In this document: positions 20,094-28,410 of the stretch, piece by piece
Position numbering within the stretch: the first letter of the stretch is position 1
How the letters are laid out: the number at the start of each line of letters is the position of its first letter
Origin: Deltaproteobacteria bacterium
GTDB lineage: Bacteria; Myxococcota; Kuafuiibacteriia; Kuafuiibacteriales; Kuafuiibacteriaceae
Reading direction: 5' to 3'
Assembly (NCBI GenBank): GCA_040218735.1
Contig: JAVJQW010000043.1
Location: 1 to 64,000 of the forward strand
Length of the DNA: 64,000 nt
The notes under the pieces: model-generated
What the model saw: only the letters and a program-made list of their open reading frames with translations
What the model was told of the DNA's origin: nothing
The model's database searches: none
Program-made: the position numbers and the translations under genes

Positions 20094-21886
20094 GCCTGGA
20101 GGTCTTCCGCTACGTCCTGCTCGTGCTCCTCGTCGGCTCGGGGAGCCTGGCGTTCTCGCGTAAGCGCGTCGGCTCCGCGGTGTTCGCGAGCATTGCGGTG
20201 GCGCTGTTCTTCTTCCTGTCCTCGGAGGCGTTCGCGGTCATCGGCACGATCCTGTTCCTGCTGGTGCTCGGCACGCCGCTGTTCGTCACGATCGGCGCGC
20301 TGACGTTCTGTTGTTTCTACTTCCTCGCGTCCGAGTACCAGGCGTTCACGGACTACGAGCTGATCATCGAGAAGATCTTCGGCCTCACCGACAAAAACGT
20401 GCTCCTCGCGATCCCGTTCTTCGTGGTCGCGGGCTCGGTGATGACGGCGGGCGGTATCGCGCGTCGCGTGGTCGACTTCGCGGATGCGTTGATCGGCTGG
20501 CTCCCCGGCGGGCTGGCGGCGGCGGCGGTGCTGTCGTGTATGTTCTTCGCGGCGATCTCCGGGAGCTCCCCCGTCACGGTGATCGCGATCGGCACCATCA
20601 TGATGCCGGCGCTCGTGAAACACGGGTACGGCGAGAAGTTTTCGCTGGGGCTGGTGACGTCGGCGGGGTCGCTCGGCATCCTCATCCCGCCGTCCATCCC
20701 GATGATCATCTACGCGATCATGGTCAGCGGGATCATGAGCGTGAACGTCGCGGACCTGTTCATCGCGGGGCTGCTGCCGGGGCTCCTGATCGGTGGTCTG
20801 TTGATCGGCTACTCGGTCTACCACGGCGTCACGCGGCCGGACTTTTCGTGGTCGTCGCTGAAGGCGCCCTCGCTCGCGCTGATCGGCAAGCGCTTCCTCG
20901 ACGGCTTCTGGGCGCTGCTGCTCCCGGTGATCGTGCTCGGCGGCATCTACCCGATCTTCGGCCCGGTCGGCATCTTCACGCCGACGGAGGCGGCCGCGGT
21001 CGCGGTGGTCTACGCGTTCATCATCGAGCTGTTCGTGCACCGCGAGCTGCCGCTGAAGAAGATCCCGCCGCTCTTGTGGGAGTCGGCGGTGTTGATGGGG
21101 TCGCTGCTCGGCATCCTCATCATGTCGTTCGCGCTGAACCACTTCCTGGTGGACCAGCAGATCCCGGACAAGGCCGTTCAGTGGATGACGAGCCTGGACC
21201 TGGATCGCATCACGTTCCTGATCCTGCTCAACGTGTTCCTCCTGCTGATCGGGTGCCTCATGGACATCGTCAGCGCGATCTTGATCGTCGCGCCGCTGGT
21301 GGCGCCGATCGCCGCGGGCTTCGGCATCGACCCGCTCCACCTCGGGATCATCTTCGTGGTGAACCTGGAGATCGGGTACCTGACGCCGCCGATCGGGCTG
21401 AACCTGTTCGTGTCGTCGTCGCTGTTCCGCAAGCCGATCGGCTTCGTGATGAAGAGTGTCCTGGCGTTCACGTTGTTGATGCTCTGCGGGCTGATGCTCA
21501 TCACGTGGTTCGAGCCGATCTCCGGCGGGCTCCCGCGTTACCTCGCGGGGCGTCCGTTCCTCGGCGAGGAGAAACCGGCCGTGGTCGCGGAGGAGGAAGA
21601 GGAAGAAGAGGAGGAGGACGACACACCCGCGGGTGTGCAGTCCATCCAGGACCTCATGAAGAACGCGGGGACCACCGTCGACGGGGACGCCGACGACGAA
21701 GACGACGACGAGGGCGGCGACGTGAAGTCCATTCAGGATCTCATGAAGGCCGCCGGGACCACCGCGGATGAAGAGGACGAGGACGACGAGGACGCGGGGA
21801 GCGGCGAGGTGAAATCCATTCAGGATCTCATGAAGGCCGCGGGGACCACGGCCGACGACGTCCAGACGGATACGAGCACCGAATGA
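20090..21886 (+). CDS. dctM: TRAP large permease with acidic repeat tail
   Basis: LLAIPFF, FAAISGSS, GSLGILIPPSIPMI, FTPTEAA, EIGYLTPPIGLNLFV. Confidence 0.94.
   Translation: MSLEVFRYVLLVLLVGSGSLAFSRKRVGSAVFASIAVALFFFLSSEAFAVIGTILFLLVLGTPLFVTIGALTFCCFYFLASEYQAFTDYELIIEKIFGLTDKNVLLAIPFFVVAGSVMTAGGIARRVVDFADALIGWLPGGLAAAAVLSCMFFAAISGSSPVTVIAIGTIMMPALVKHGYGEKFSLGLVTSAGSLGILIPPSIPMIIYAIMVSGIMSVNVADLFIAGLLPGLLIGGLLIGYSVYHGVTRPDFSWSSLKAPSLALIGKRFLDGFWALLLPVIVLGGIYPIFGPVGIFTPTEAAAVAVVYAFIIELFVHRELPLKKIPPLLWESAVLMGSLLGILIMSFALNHFLVDQQIPDKAVQWMTSLDLDRITFLILLNVFLLLIGCLMDIVSAILIVAPLVAPIAAGFGIDPLHLGIIFVVNLEIGYLTPPIGLNLFVSSSLFRKPIGFVMKSVLAFTLLMLCGLMLITWFEPISGGLPRYLAGRPFLGEEKPAVVAEEEEEEEEEDDTPAGVQSIQDLMKNAGTTVDGDADDEDDDEGGDVKSIQDLMKAAGTTADEEDEDDEDAGSGEVKSIQDLMKAAGTTADDVQTDTSTE
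21635..21850 (+). repeat. Three copies of V[QK]SIQDLMK[NA]AGTT separated by poly-acidic linkers in the DctM tail
   Basis: tccat[ct]caggaYctcatgaag..gggaccac at ~21641, ~21728 and ~21815. Confidence 0.9.
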
Positions 21887-22716
21887 CTACGATCGAGACG
21901 GCCGACGGCCTCGCTCTGAACCTCTACGACTGGACGATCGAAGACCCCAAGCTGACGGTCGCGATCTTTCACGGCTACGGAGAGCACGCGGGGCGCTACG
22001 AAGAGACGGCGAAGCGCTGGCAGGCGAAGGGCATTTCGTCCGTCGCGGCGGACTGGCGGGGCCACGGCAAATCGCCCGGCACCCGCGGGCACGTCGAGCG
22101 CTTCACCGACTACCACCGCGACGCGGACGCGCTCGTCGAACACGCGAAGTCGTTCGGGGGGCCCGTCGCCGTCGTCGGGCACTCGATGGGGGGCCTCCTC
22201 GCGGCGCACTGGCTGTTGTCCGGCCGCGGGAGCGAGCTCGTGGGGGTGGTGCTCTCGTCGCCGTACCTCGGGCTGGCGGTCGAGGTCGGCGCGGTGAAGA
22301 GCGGCCTCGGTAAGATGATGTCGAACATCGTCCCGGCGTTTGCGCAGCCCTCGGGCCTGAAGGGCGCCGACGTGTGCCGCGACCCCGAGCTGGCCGCGCT
22401 CTACGACAAGGACCCGCTCAACAACAAGAAGGCGACGGCGCGGTGGTTCACGGAGTCGAACGCGGCGATCGAGTCGGTCCACCGGCGCGCCGGGCAGCTC
22501 ACCACGCCGCTGCTCCTCCTGTACGGGGGCGAGGACAAGGTCGCGAAGGCCGACGCCACCGACCGCTTCGCGGCGGCGCTCACCGGCGACAACAAGACTT
22601 GCGAGCGCCTCCCGGGCCTGTACCACGAGATCCTCAACGAGCCGCCCGAGCAGCGCCACGCGATCATGGATCGCATGGCGGACTGGTTGCTCGCGCGCGT
22701 CGAGGCGACGTCCTGA
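21883..22716 (+). CDS. Alpha/beta hydrolase, lysophospholipase / monoacylglycerol lipase family
   Basis: HGYGEHAGRY, DWRGHG.S, GHSMGG nucleophile, YHEILNE; ATGA-coupled to dctM. Confidence 0.92.
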   Translation: MTTIETADGLALNLYDWTIEDPKLTVAIFHGYGEHAGRYEETAKRWQAKGISSVAADWRGHGKSPGTRGHVERFTDYHRDADALVEHAKSFGGPVAVVGHSMGGLLAAHWLLSGRGSELVGVVLSSPYLGLAVEVGAVKSGLGKMMSNIVPAFAQPSGLKGADVCRDPELAALYDKDPLNNKKATARWFTESNAAIESVHRRAGQLTTPLLLLYGGEDKVAKADATDRFAAALTGDNKTCERLPGLYHEILNEPPEQRHAIMDRMADWLLARVEATS

Positions 22717-22724
22717 GGCGACCC

Positions 22725-23126
22725 GTGCGCGGCACGAACTTTCTCTGCAGCCTGCTCGCGATCGCGGTGCTCGCGGCGCCCGCGTCGGTGCGTGCGCAAG
22801 ACGACGCGCACGAAGACGTCACGCCGCGTGTGCTCGCGCTGAGCGGCGCGGCGCTCGGCGGGCTCGCGATGTTCTTCGCGTTCGAGTCGCAGCTCGCGGG
22901 CGCGCACGAGGCGCCGCCGTCCGAGTCGCGCGCCGGCATCGCGACGGTCTTCACGGTGGTGTCGATCTCCTCGCTGGTGCTCGCGGTCGCGGCGATCGGG
23001 GTGTCGGTGGTGATGACGCTGTCCGACCCCGAGCCCGAGGTGGCGGCGATGCCGTCCGTCGCGGGGCCGCTGACGATCGACTGCCCGGCGCTGTCGTGTC
23101 TGCCGGAGCCATCGGGAGCGCCGTGA
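22725..23126 (+). CDS. Hypothetical exported/membrane protein
   Basis: Signal-like N-terminus (..APASVRA) plus two hydrophobic helices; stop overlaps the mutS start (GTGA). Confidence 0.55.
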   Translation: MRGTNFLCSLLAIAVLAAPASVRAQDDAHEDVTPRVLALSGAALGGLAMFFAFESQLAGAHEAPPSESRAGIATVFTVVSISSLVLAVAAIGVSVVMTLSDPEPEVAAMPSVAGPLTIDCPALSCLPEPSGAP

Positions 23127-25855
23127 CCGTCGAGCAGGTGAAGAAGGGCGTCGAGGAGCGGCTGGCCTCGCCCAAGCTCACGCCGATGATGCGCCAGTAC
23201 CTCTCCGTGAAGGCGGAGTACCCGGGCGCGATCGTGCTGTTCCGGATGGGCGACTTCTTCGAGACGTTCTTCGAGGACGCCGAGGAGTGCGCGCGCCTGC
23301 TCGACATCACGCTCACCGCGCGCAGCAAGGAGCGCGACATCCCGATGGCGGGGGTGCCGCACCACGCGATCGAGGGGTACCTGGCGCGGCTGATCGACTT
23401 CGGTCGGACGGTGGTGCTCGTCGACCAGGTCGAGGATCCGAAGCAGGCCAAAGGGCTCGTGCGGCGCGAGGTCACGCGGGTGCTCTCACCGGGGACGTAC
23501 CTCGACCCGAACGCGCCGGCCCGCACGGCGACGTACCTGGTGGCGATCGCGTTCGAGACCAAGCGCAAGAAGTCGAAGGCCGCGTTCGGGATCGCGGCGC
23601 TCGACCTCGCGACGGGGGAGTTCCGCGCGACGAGCGGCGACGACGACGACATGTTGATCGACGAGCTCGCGCGCCTCGGGATGCGCGAGGTGCTCGTGCC
23701 CGCCGACGAGCTGTCGCAAAAGGTCGTGCAGCGGATCGGGCAGGAGCTGCCGCGCGTGACACTCACCGCGGTCGAAGACGTCCGCGATCGGAAGAAGGTG
23801 CTGCAGGGCCACCTCGGCGCCGAGGAGACGAAGGCGATCGCGCGCATCCTCCCCGAGTCATCGCTGGTCGCGGCGGGGATGACGCTCAAGTACGCGACGG
23901 ACGCGCAGCTCCGGCCGGAGGTTCCGAACGTCCGCGGCGAGGCGAGCCTCGCGCACGTGGAGGCGCTCCGCCCCTACGTCCCGGGCGACGCGCTGGTGCT
24001 CGACGCGCAGGCGACGCAGCACCTCGAGCTGGTGCGCGCGCAGGGCGACGGCGGGCGGCGCGGCTCGTTGCTCTTCGCGATCGACGACACCGCGACGGCG
24101 ATGGGCGGGCGGCTCCTCGCGCGGTGGTTGTTGTACCCGCTGACGGACGTCGAGCGAATCGTGGCGCGGCAGGACGCGGTGGCTTCGTTGATCGCGGCGC
24201 CCACCGCGTTGGATCGCCTGCGCGAGGCGCTGGCGGGGGTGTCGGATCTGGAGCGTCTCGTCGGGCGCGTCGTCATGGGCCGCGCGAACCCGCGGGACCT
24301 GTTGCTGTTGGAGCAGTCGCTGACCTCGGCGCCCGAGCTGTTGGCCGGGGCGGGGGAGGCGGCGAGCGCGTCGACCGGCGGCGGGGAGCTGCTCGAGGCG
24401 ATCGCCGGGGTGGATCCGCTCGCCGACGTCGCGGAGTGGGTGCGCGCCGCGTTGGTCGAGGACCCGCCGGTGGTGCTCGAGAAGGCGCAGGTCTTCCGCG
24501 ACGGCTACGACGCCGAGCTCGACGAACACACGGATCTCGCGCGCAACGGCAAGGACAAGATCGCGGCGCTGGAGGCGAAGGAGCGCGAGCGCACGGGCAT
24601 CACTTCGCTGAAGGTCCGCTACAACAAGGTCTTTGGTTATTACATCGAGGTCACCAAGGCGAACCTGTCGCTGGTCCCGGATGGCTACGTCCGCAAGCAG
24701 ACCACGGTGAACTCGGAGCGTTTCTTCACCGAGGAGCTCAAGGAGCTCGAGACGTCGGTGCTGCACGCGGAGGAGCGTCGCGTCGCACGCACGATCGCGT
24801 TGTTCGACGCGCTGGTGATTCGCGTCGGGCGGGAGGTGCGCCGTCTGCGCGCGCTGGCCGCGTCGCTGTCCGAGCTGGACGTGTTGACCACCTTCGCGCG
24901 GCTTGCGGAGCGGCGCGCGTGGGTGCGACCGACGGTGAACGACGGGCTGGGGATCGAGATCGCGGACGGGCGTCACCCGGTGATCGAGCAGCTCGCGAAC
25001 GACCTCGGGGAGCGGTTCGTCCCGAACGACGTCGCGCTCGACGACGAGGAGCGGTTGGTGATCGTCACGGGTCCGAACATGGCGGGGAAGTCGACGATCA
25101 TGCGGCAGACGGCGCTGATCGTGATCCTCGCGCACATGGGATCGTTCGTGCCCGCGAAGGCTGCGACGATCGGGCTGGTGGATCGCATCTTCACGCGCGT
25201 CGGGGCGAGCGACGATCTTTCGCGCGGGCAGTCGACGTTCATGGTCGAGATGACGGAGACGGCGCGGATCCTCCGGTCGGCGACGTCGCGTTCGTTGATC
25301 CTGCTCGACGAGATCGGGCGGGGCACGAGCACGTTCGACGGGCTGTCGATCGCGTGGGCGGTCGCGGAGCACCTGCACGACCAGGTGGGCGCGAAGACCT
25401 TGTTCGCCACGCACTACCACGAGCTCACGGAGATCTGCCGGGACAAACCCAACGCGGTGAACCGGCACGTGGCGGTGAAGGAGTGGAACGACGAGATCGT
25501 GTTCCTCCGGAAGCTCCTCCCCGGCGCGACGAACCGCAGCTACGGCGTGCAGGTCGCGCGGCTCGCGGGGCTCCCGGCGTCGGTGGTGAAGCGCGCGCGG
25601 GTGGTGTTGGACTCGCTGGAAGCGCAGGCGCTGTCGGCGGGGGATCGGTCGTCGGTCGCGATGCGCTCCGCGGGGGGGCCCGCGCAGCTGCACCTGTTCG
25701 CGGCGGCGGCGCCCGAGCCCGCGGTGTCGCCGGCGGAGCAGGAGGTCCTGGACACGATCCGCGCGGTATCCGTCGACGACGTGACGCCGCGCCAGGCGTT
25801 GGAGCTACTCGCTTCGCTCGCGGAGCGACTCGACTCCGGCGAAGAGGGATCGTAG
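23123..25855 (+). CDS. mutS: DNA mismatch repair protein MutS
   Basis: TPMMRQY, FRMGDFFETF, TGPNMAGKST, STFMVEM, DEIGRGTST, FATHYHEL, QLHLF clamp-binding-like motif. Confidence 0.98.
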   Translation: MTVEQVKKGVEERLASPKLTPMMRQYLSVKAEYPGAIVLFRMGDFFETFFEDAEECARLLDITLTARSKERDIPMAGVPHHAIEGYLARLIDFGRTVVLVDQVEDPKQAKGLVRREVTRVLSPGTYLDPNAPARTATYLVAIAFETKRKKSKAAFGIAALDLATGEFRATSGDDDDMLIDELARLGMREVLVPADELSQKVVQRIGQELPRVTLTAVEDVRDRKKVLQGHLGAEETKAIARILPESSLVAAGMTLKYATDAQLRPEVPNVRGEASLAHVEALRPYVPGDALVLDAQATQHLELVRAQGDGGRRGSLLFAIDDTATAMGGRLLARWLLYPLTDVERIVARQDAVASLIAAPTALDRLREALAGVSDLERLVGRVVMGRANPRDLLLLEQSLTSAPELLAGAGEAASASTGGGELLEAIAGVDPLADVAEWVRAALVEDPPVVLEKAQVFRDGYDAELDEHTDLARNGKDKIAALEAKERERTGITSLKVRYNKVFGYYIEVTKANLSLVPDGYVRKQTTVNSERFFTEELKELETSVLHAEERRVARTIALFDALVIRVGREVRRLRALAASLSELDVLTTFARLAERRAWVRPTVNDGLGIEIADGRHPVIEQLANDLGERFVPNDVALDDEERLVIVTGPNMAGKSTIMRQTALIVILAHMGSFVPAKAATIGLVDRIFTRVGASDDLSRGQSTFMVEMTETARILRSATSRSLILLDEIGRGTSTFDGLSIAWAVAEHLHDQVGAKTLFATHYHELTEICRDKPNAVNRHVAVKEWNDEIVFLRKLLPGATNRSYGVQVARLAGLPASVVKRARVVLDSLEAQALSAGDRSSVAMRSAGGPAQLHLFAAAAPEPAVSPAEQEVLDTIRAVSVDDVTPRQALELLASLAERLDSGEEGS

Positions 25856-25865
25856 ATCCCGGCTC

Positions 25866-26429
25866 GTGCCGTACTGCCCGAACTGTCGCGCGGAGTTCCG
25901 CCAAGGATTCGAAGTCTGCAAGTCGTGTGGTGACGTCCCGCTCGTGGACGTGCTGCCCGAGACGCTCGAGCTGCCCGAGGAGGAGCTGGAGGACACCGTC
26001 CCGGTGGGGCTGATGTCCTCGCGGGAGCTCGGGCAGGTGATCGACGTGGGGGGCCGCCAGGTCGACGTGAGCCGCGTGGTCACGATCAAGACGGCGCACG
26101 AGTACCTGCGCATCCTCCTCGCGGCGCGGATCCGTTGCGCGATGGTGCCGGTCGGTGAGCTCGACTTCCCGGACGGCCAGCCGCGCGTCGAGGTGCGGGT
26201 GAAGACGGCCGACGGCGAGCGCGCGGAGGCGACGCTGCGTGACGCGTGGAAGGCGCACGTGGAGCGGGAGGGGACGGTCGCGGATGCTTCGGAGACCGCG
26301 ATCGACGCGTGCCCGGCGTGTGGCGCGGCGGTCCCGCTCGACGCCGAGGAGTGCCCGGACTGCGGGCTGTTCGTCGGCGCCGCCGGCGACGATGACGAAG
26401 ACGAAGAAGACGACGGCGAAGAAGAGTAG
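25866..26429 (+). CDS. Hypothetical protein with N- and C-terminal zinc ribbons and acidic tail
   Basis: CPNC..CKSC; CPAC..CPDC; DDDEDEEDDGEEE tail. Confidence 0.75.
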   Translation: MPYCPNCRAEFRQGFEVCKSCGDVPLVDVLPETLELPEEELEDTVPVGLMSSRELGQVIDVGGRQVDVSRVVTIKTAHEYLRILLAARIRCAMVPVGELDFPDGQPRVEVRVKTADGERAEATLRDAWKAHVEREGTVADASETAIDACPACGAAVPLDAEECPDCGLFVGAAGDDDEDEEDDGEEE

Positions 26430-26432
26430 CGT

Positions 26433-27146
26433 TTGGACTGGTCGGCGATCGCGCAGGCGGGGTTGACGCCGCCCCAGATCGCTTCGGAGGCGACGGGGCA
26501 GGGCGTCCGCGTCGCGGTGGTCGACACCGGGGTCGACTTCGACCACGTGCACCTTGGGCTCGAGCCGCGCGGCGCTGCGGTGCGGTGGGCGGGGGACGAC
26601 CTGGTCGTCGATCCGGGGGCGGCGCCGGACGTGTTCGGCCACGGGACGTGCTGCGCCGCGCTGATTCACTGGCTGGCGCCTGGCGCCGAGCTGTACGCGG
26701 TGCGGGTCACGGACGAGCGCCCGACGACGGACGCGGCGCGGCTGGCGCTCGGGATCCGCCACGCGGTGGACGCGGGGGCGGCGGTGCTGGCGGTGGCGAT
26801 GGGGACGAAGACCTCGGACCGCGCCGGCCTGGACGCGGCGGTGGTGTGGGCCCTGGAGCAGGGGGCGGTCGTGGTCGCGCCGGACCCCGGGGAGCCGGTG
26901 CTGCCGGGGATCTGTCCGGGGGCGATGCGGGTGGGCTACTGGGACGGGGTCGACGTGGTGCGGGACGGGCCGGGGTACCTCGCGGAGGGCCGTGCGCGGC
27001 CGGCGCGGGGGCGGGCGCGGAACTTCAAGGGGCCGAGCATGTCGACGGCCCGCGCGGCCGCGGCGCTCGCACGGTACCTGGAGGGGACGGCGGCGCGGGG
27101 GACGGCGGCGCTGGAAGCCTTTTCAAACCAGCTGGGAGTACGGTAG
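26433..27146 (+). CDS. Short S8 (subtilisin-like) serine peptidase
   Basis: VAVVDTG (Asp), GHGT (His), GPSMS (Ser); no signal or propeptide. Confidence 0.8.
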   Translation: MDWSAIAQAGLTPPQIASEATGQGVRVAVVDTGVDFDHVHLGLEPRGAAVRWAGDDLVVDPGAAPDVFGHGTCCAALIHWLAPGAELYAVRVTDERPTTDAARLALGIRHAVDAGAAVLAVAMGTKTSDRAGLDAAVVWALEQGAVVVAPDPGEPVLPGICPGAMRVGYWDGVDVVRDGPGYLAEGRARPARGRARNFKGPSMSTARAAAALARYLEGTAARGTAALEAFSNQLGVR

Positions 27147-27158
27147 GAGGGCGCCGAG

Positions 27159-28364
27159 ATGGCCGCCAAGAAGTCGAAGTCCAAGAAGAAGACCGCCGCG
27201 AAGAAGGCGACGAAGAAGAAGACCGCGAAGAAGGCCGTGACGAAGAAGAAGGCCGCCGCGAAGAAGACCGCGAGCAAGAAGAAGGCTGCGGCGAAGAAGA
27301 CCGCGAGCAAGAAGAAGAGCGCGGCGAAGAAGACCGCGAGCAAGAAGAAGGCTGCGGCGAAGAAGACCGCGAGCAAGAAGAAGAGCGCGGCGAAGAAGAC
27401 CGCGAGCAAGAAGAAGAGCGCGGCGAAGCGGACGTCGGCGAAGAAGAAGACCGCCAAGAAGGTCGCCGCGAAGAAGACGGCGAAGAAGAAGACCGCCAAG
27501 AAGGTTGCGGCGAAGAAGAAGACCGCTGCGAAGAAGGTCGCGAAGAAGAAGACGACCAAGAAGGCGGTCGCGAAGAAGACCACCAAGAAGGCTGCGGCGA
27601 AGAAGACCACCAAGAAGGCGGCCGCGAAGAAGACCACCAAGAAGGCGGCCGCGAAGAAGACCACCAAGACGGCTGCGGCGAAGAAGACCACCAAGAAGGC
27701 GGCCGCGAAGACGACCACCAAGAAGGCGGTCGCCAAGAAGTCCACCAAGAAGGCGGTCGCGAAGAAGACCGCCAAGAAGGCGCGCGCGAAGAAGGCGGCA
27801 CCCGCCGTCGAGGCCGCGCCCGCCGAGACGCAGGTCGAGGCCGCGCCCGCGGTCGAGGCGGCGCCGAAGAAGAAGCGCGCCGCGAAGAAGAAGGCGCCGA
27901 AGAAGAAGGCTGCGGCCAAGAAGGCGGCAGCGCCCGCGACGGACAACGGCGCGGCGAAGCCTCTGTTCCCCGAGCCGAAGGACGTCCGGATCCTCGTCGT
28001 CGACGACGAGCCCGAAGTGCTCGACCTCCTCGTGCCGTTCCTTCAGTCGAAGGGGTACACGGTCACGGAGGCGCAGGACGGCGACCAGGCCCTCGAGCGC
28101 ATCCTCACCGAGCACCCGAACATCGTCGTCCTCGACGTGATGATGCCCGGCCTCTCCGGCTGGGAGATCTCGCGGTACGTGCGCGAGCGGAAAGAGCTCG
28201 ACCAGGTGCGCATCATCATGGCCACCGGGATCGGGCAGGAGACCAACGCCGCGACGAGCCCGCTGTACGGCGCCGACGCGTACCTCGACAAACCGTTCCG
28301 CCTCGACAAGCTCGAGATGATGGTCGCGGACGTGATCAAGCGCATCGAGGCCGGCGAGTACTGA
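27159..28364 (+). CDS. Histone H1-like Lys/Ala repeat region fused to a C-terminal receiver domain
   Basis: AGGAGG RBS; ~260 aa KKTAAKK repeats; ILVVDDE, LDVMMP, DKPF. Confidence 0.9.
   Translation: MAAKKSKSKKKTAAKKATKKKTAKKAVTKKKAAAKKTASKKKAAAKKTASKKKSAAKKTASKKKAAAKKTASKKKSAAKKTASKKKSAAKRTSAKKKTAKKVAAKKTAKKKTAKKVAAKKKTAAKKVAKKKTTKKAVAKKTTKKAAAKKTTKKAAAKKTTKKAAAKKTTKTAAAKKTTKKAAAKTTTKKAVAKKSTKKAVAKKTAKKARAKKAAPAVEAAPAETQVEAAPAVEAAPKKKRAAKKKAPKKKAAAKKAAAPATDNGAAKPLFPEPKDVRILVVDDEPEVLDLLVPFLQSKGYTVTEAQDGDQALERILTEHPNIVVLDVMMPGLSGWEISRYVRERKELDQVRIIMATGIGQETNAATSPLYGADAYLDKPFRLDKLEMMVADVIKRIEAGEY
27250..27780 (+). repeat. Imperfect 33-bp (KKTASKKK[AS]AA) and 27-bp (KKTTKKAAA) coding tandem repeats
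   Basis: Repeated aagaagaccgcgagcaagaagaag and aagaagaccaccaagaaggc units. Confidence 0.9.
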
Positions 28365-28410
28365 GTCCAAAAATTTGCGGCGCAGATCATGTGGGCCCAA
28401 TAGTGCTCAT

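Noticed and set aside
26936-27946. Minus-strand Phe/Ala-rich 'membrane protein' ORF
   Set aside because: Reverse complement of the Lys/Ala repeats; the plus strand has the RBS and the REC domain.
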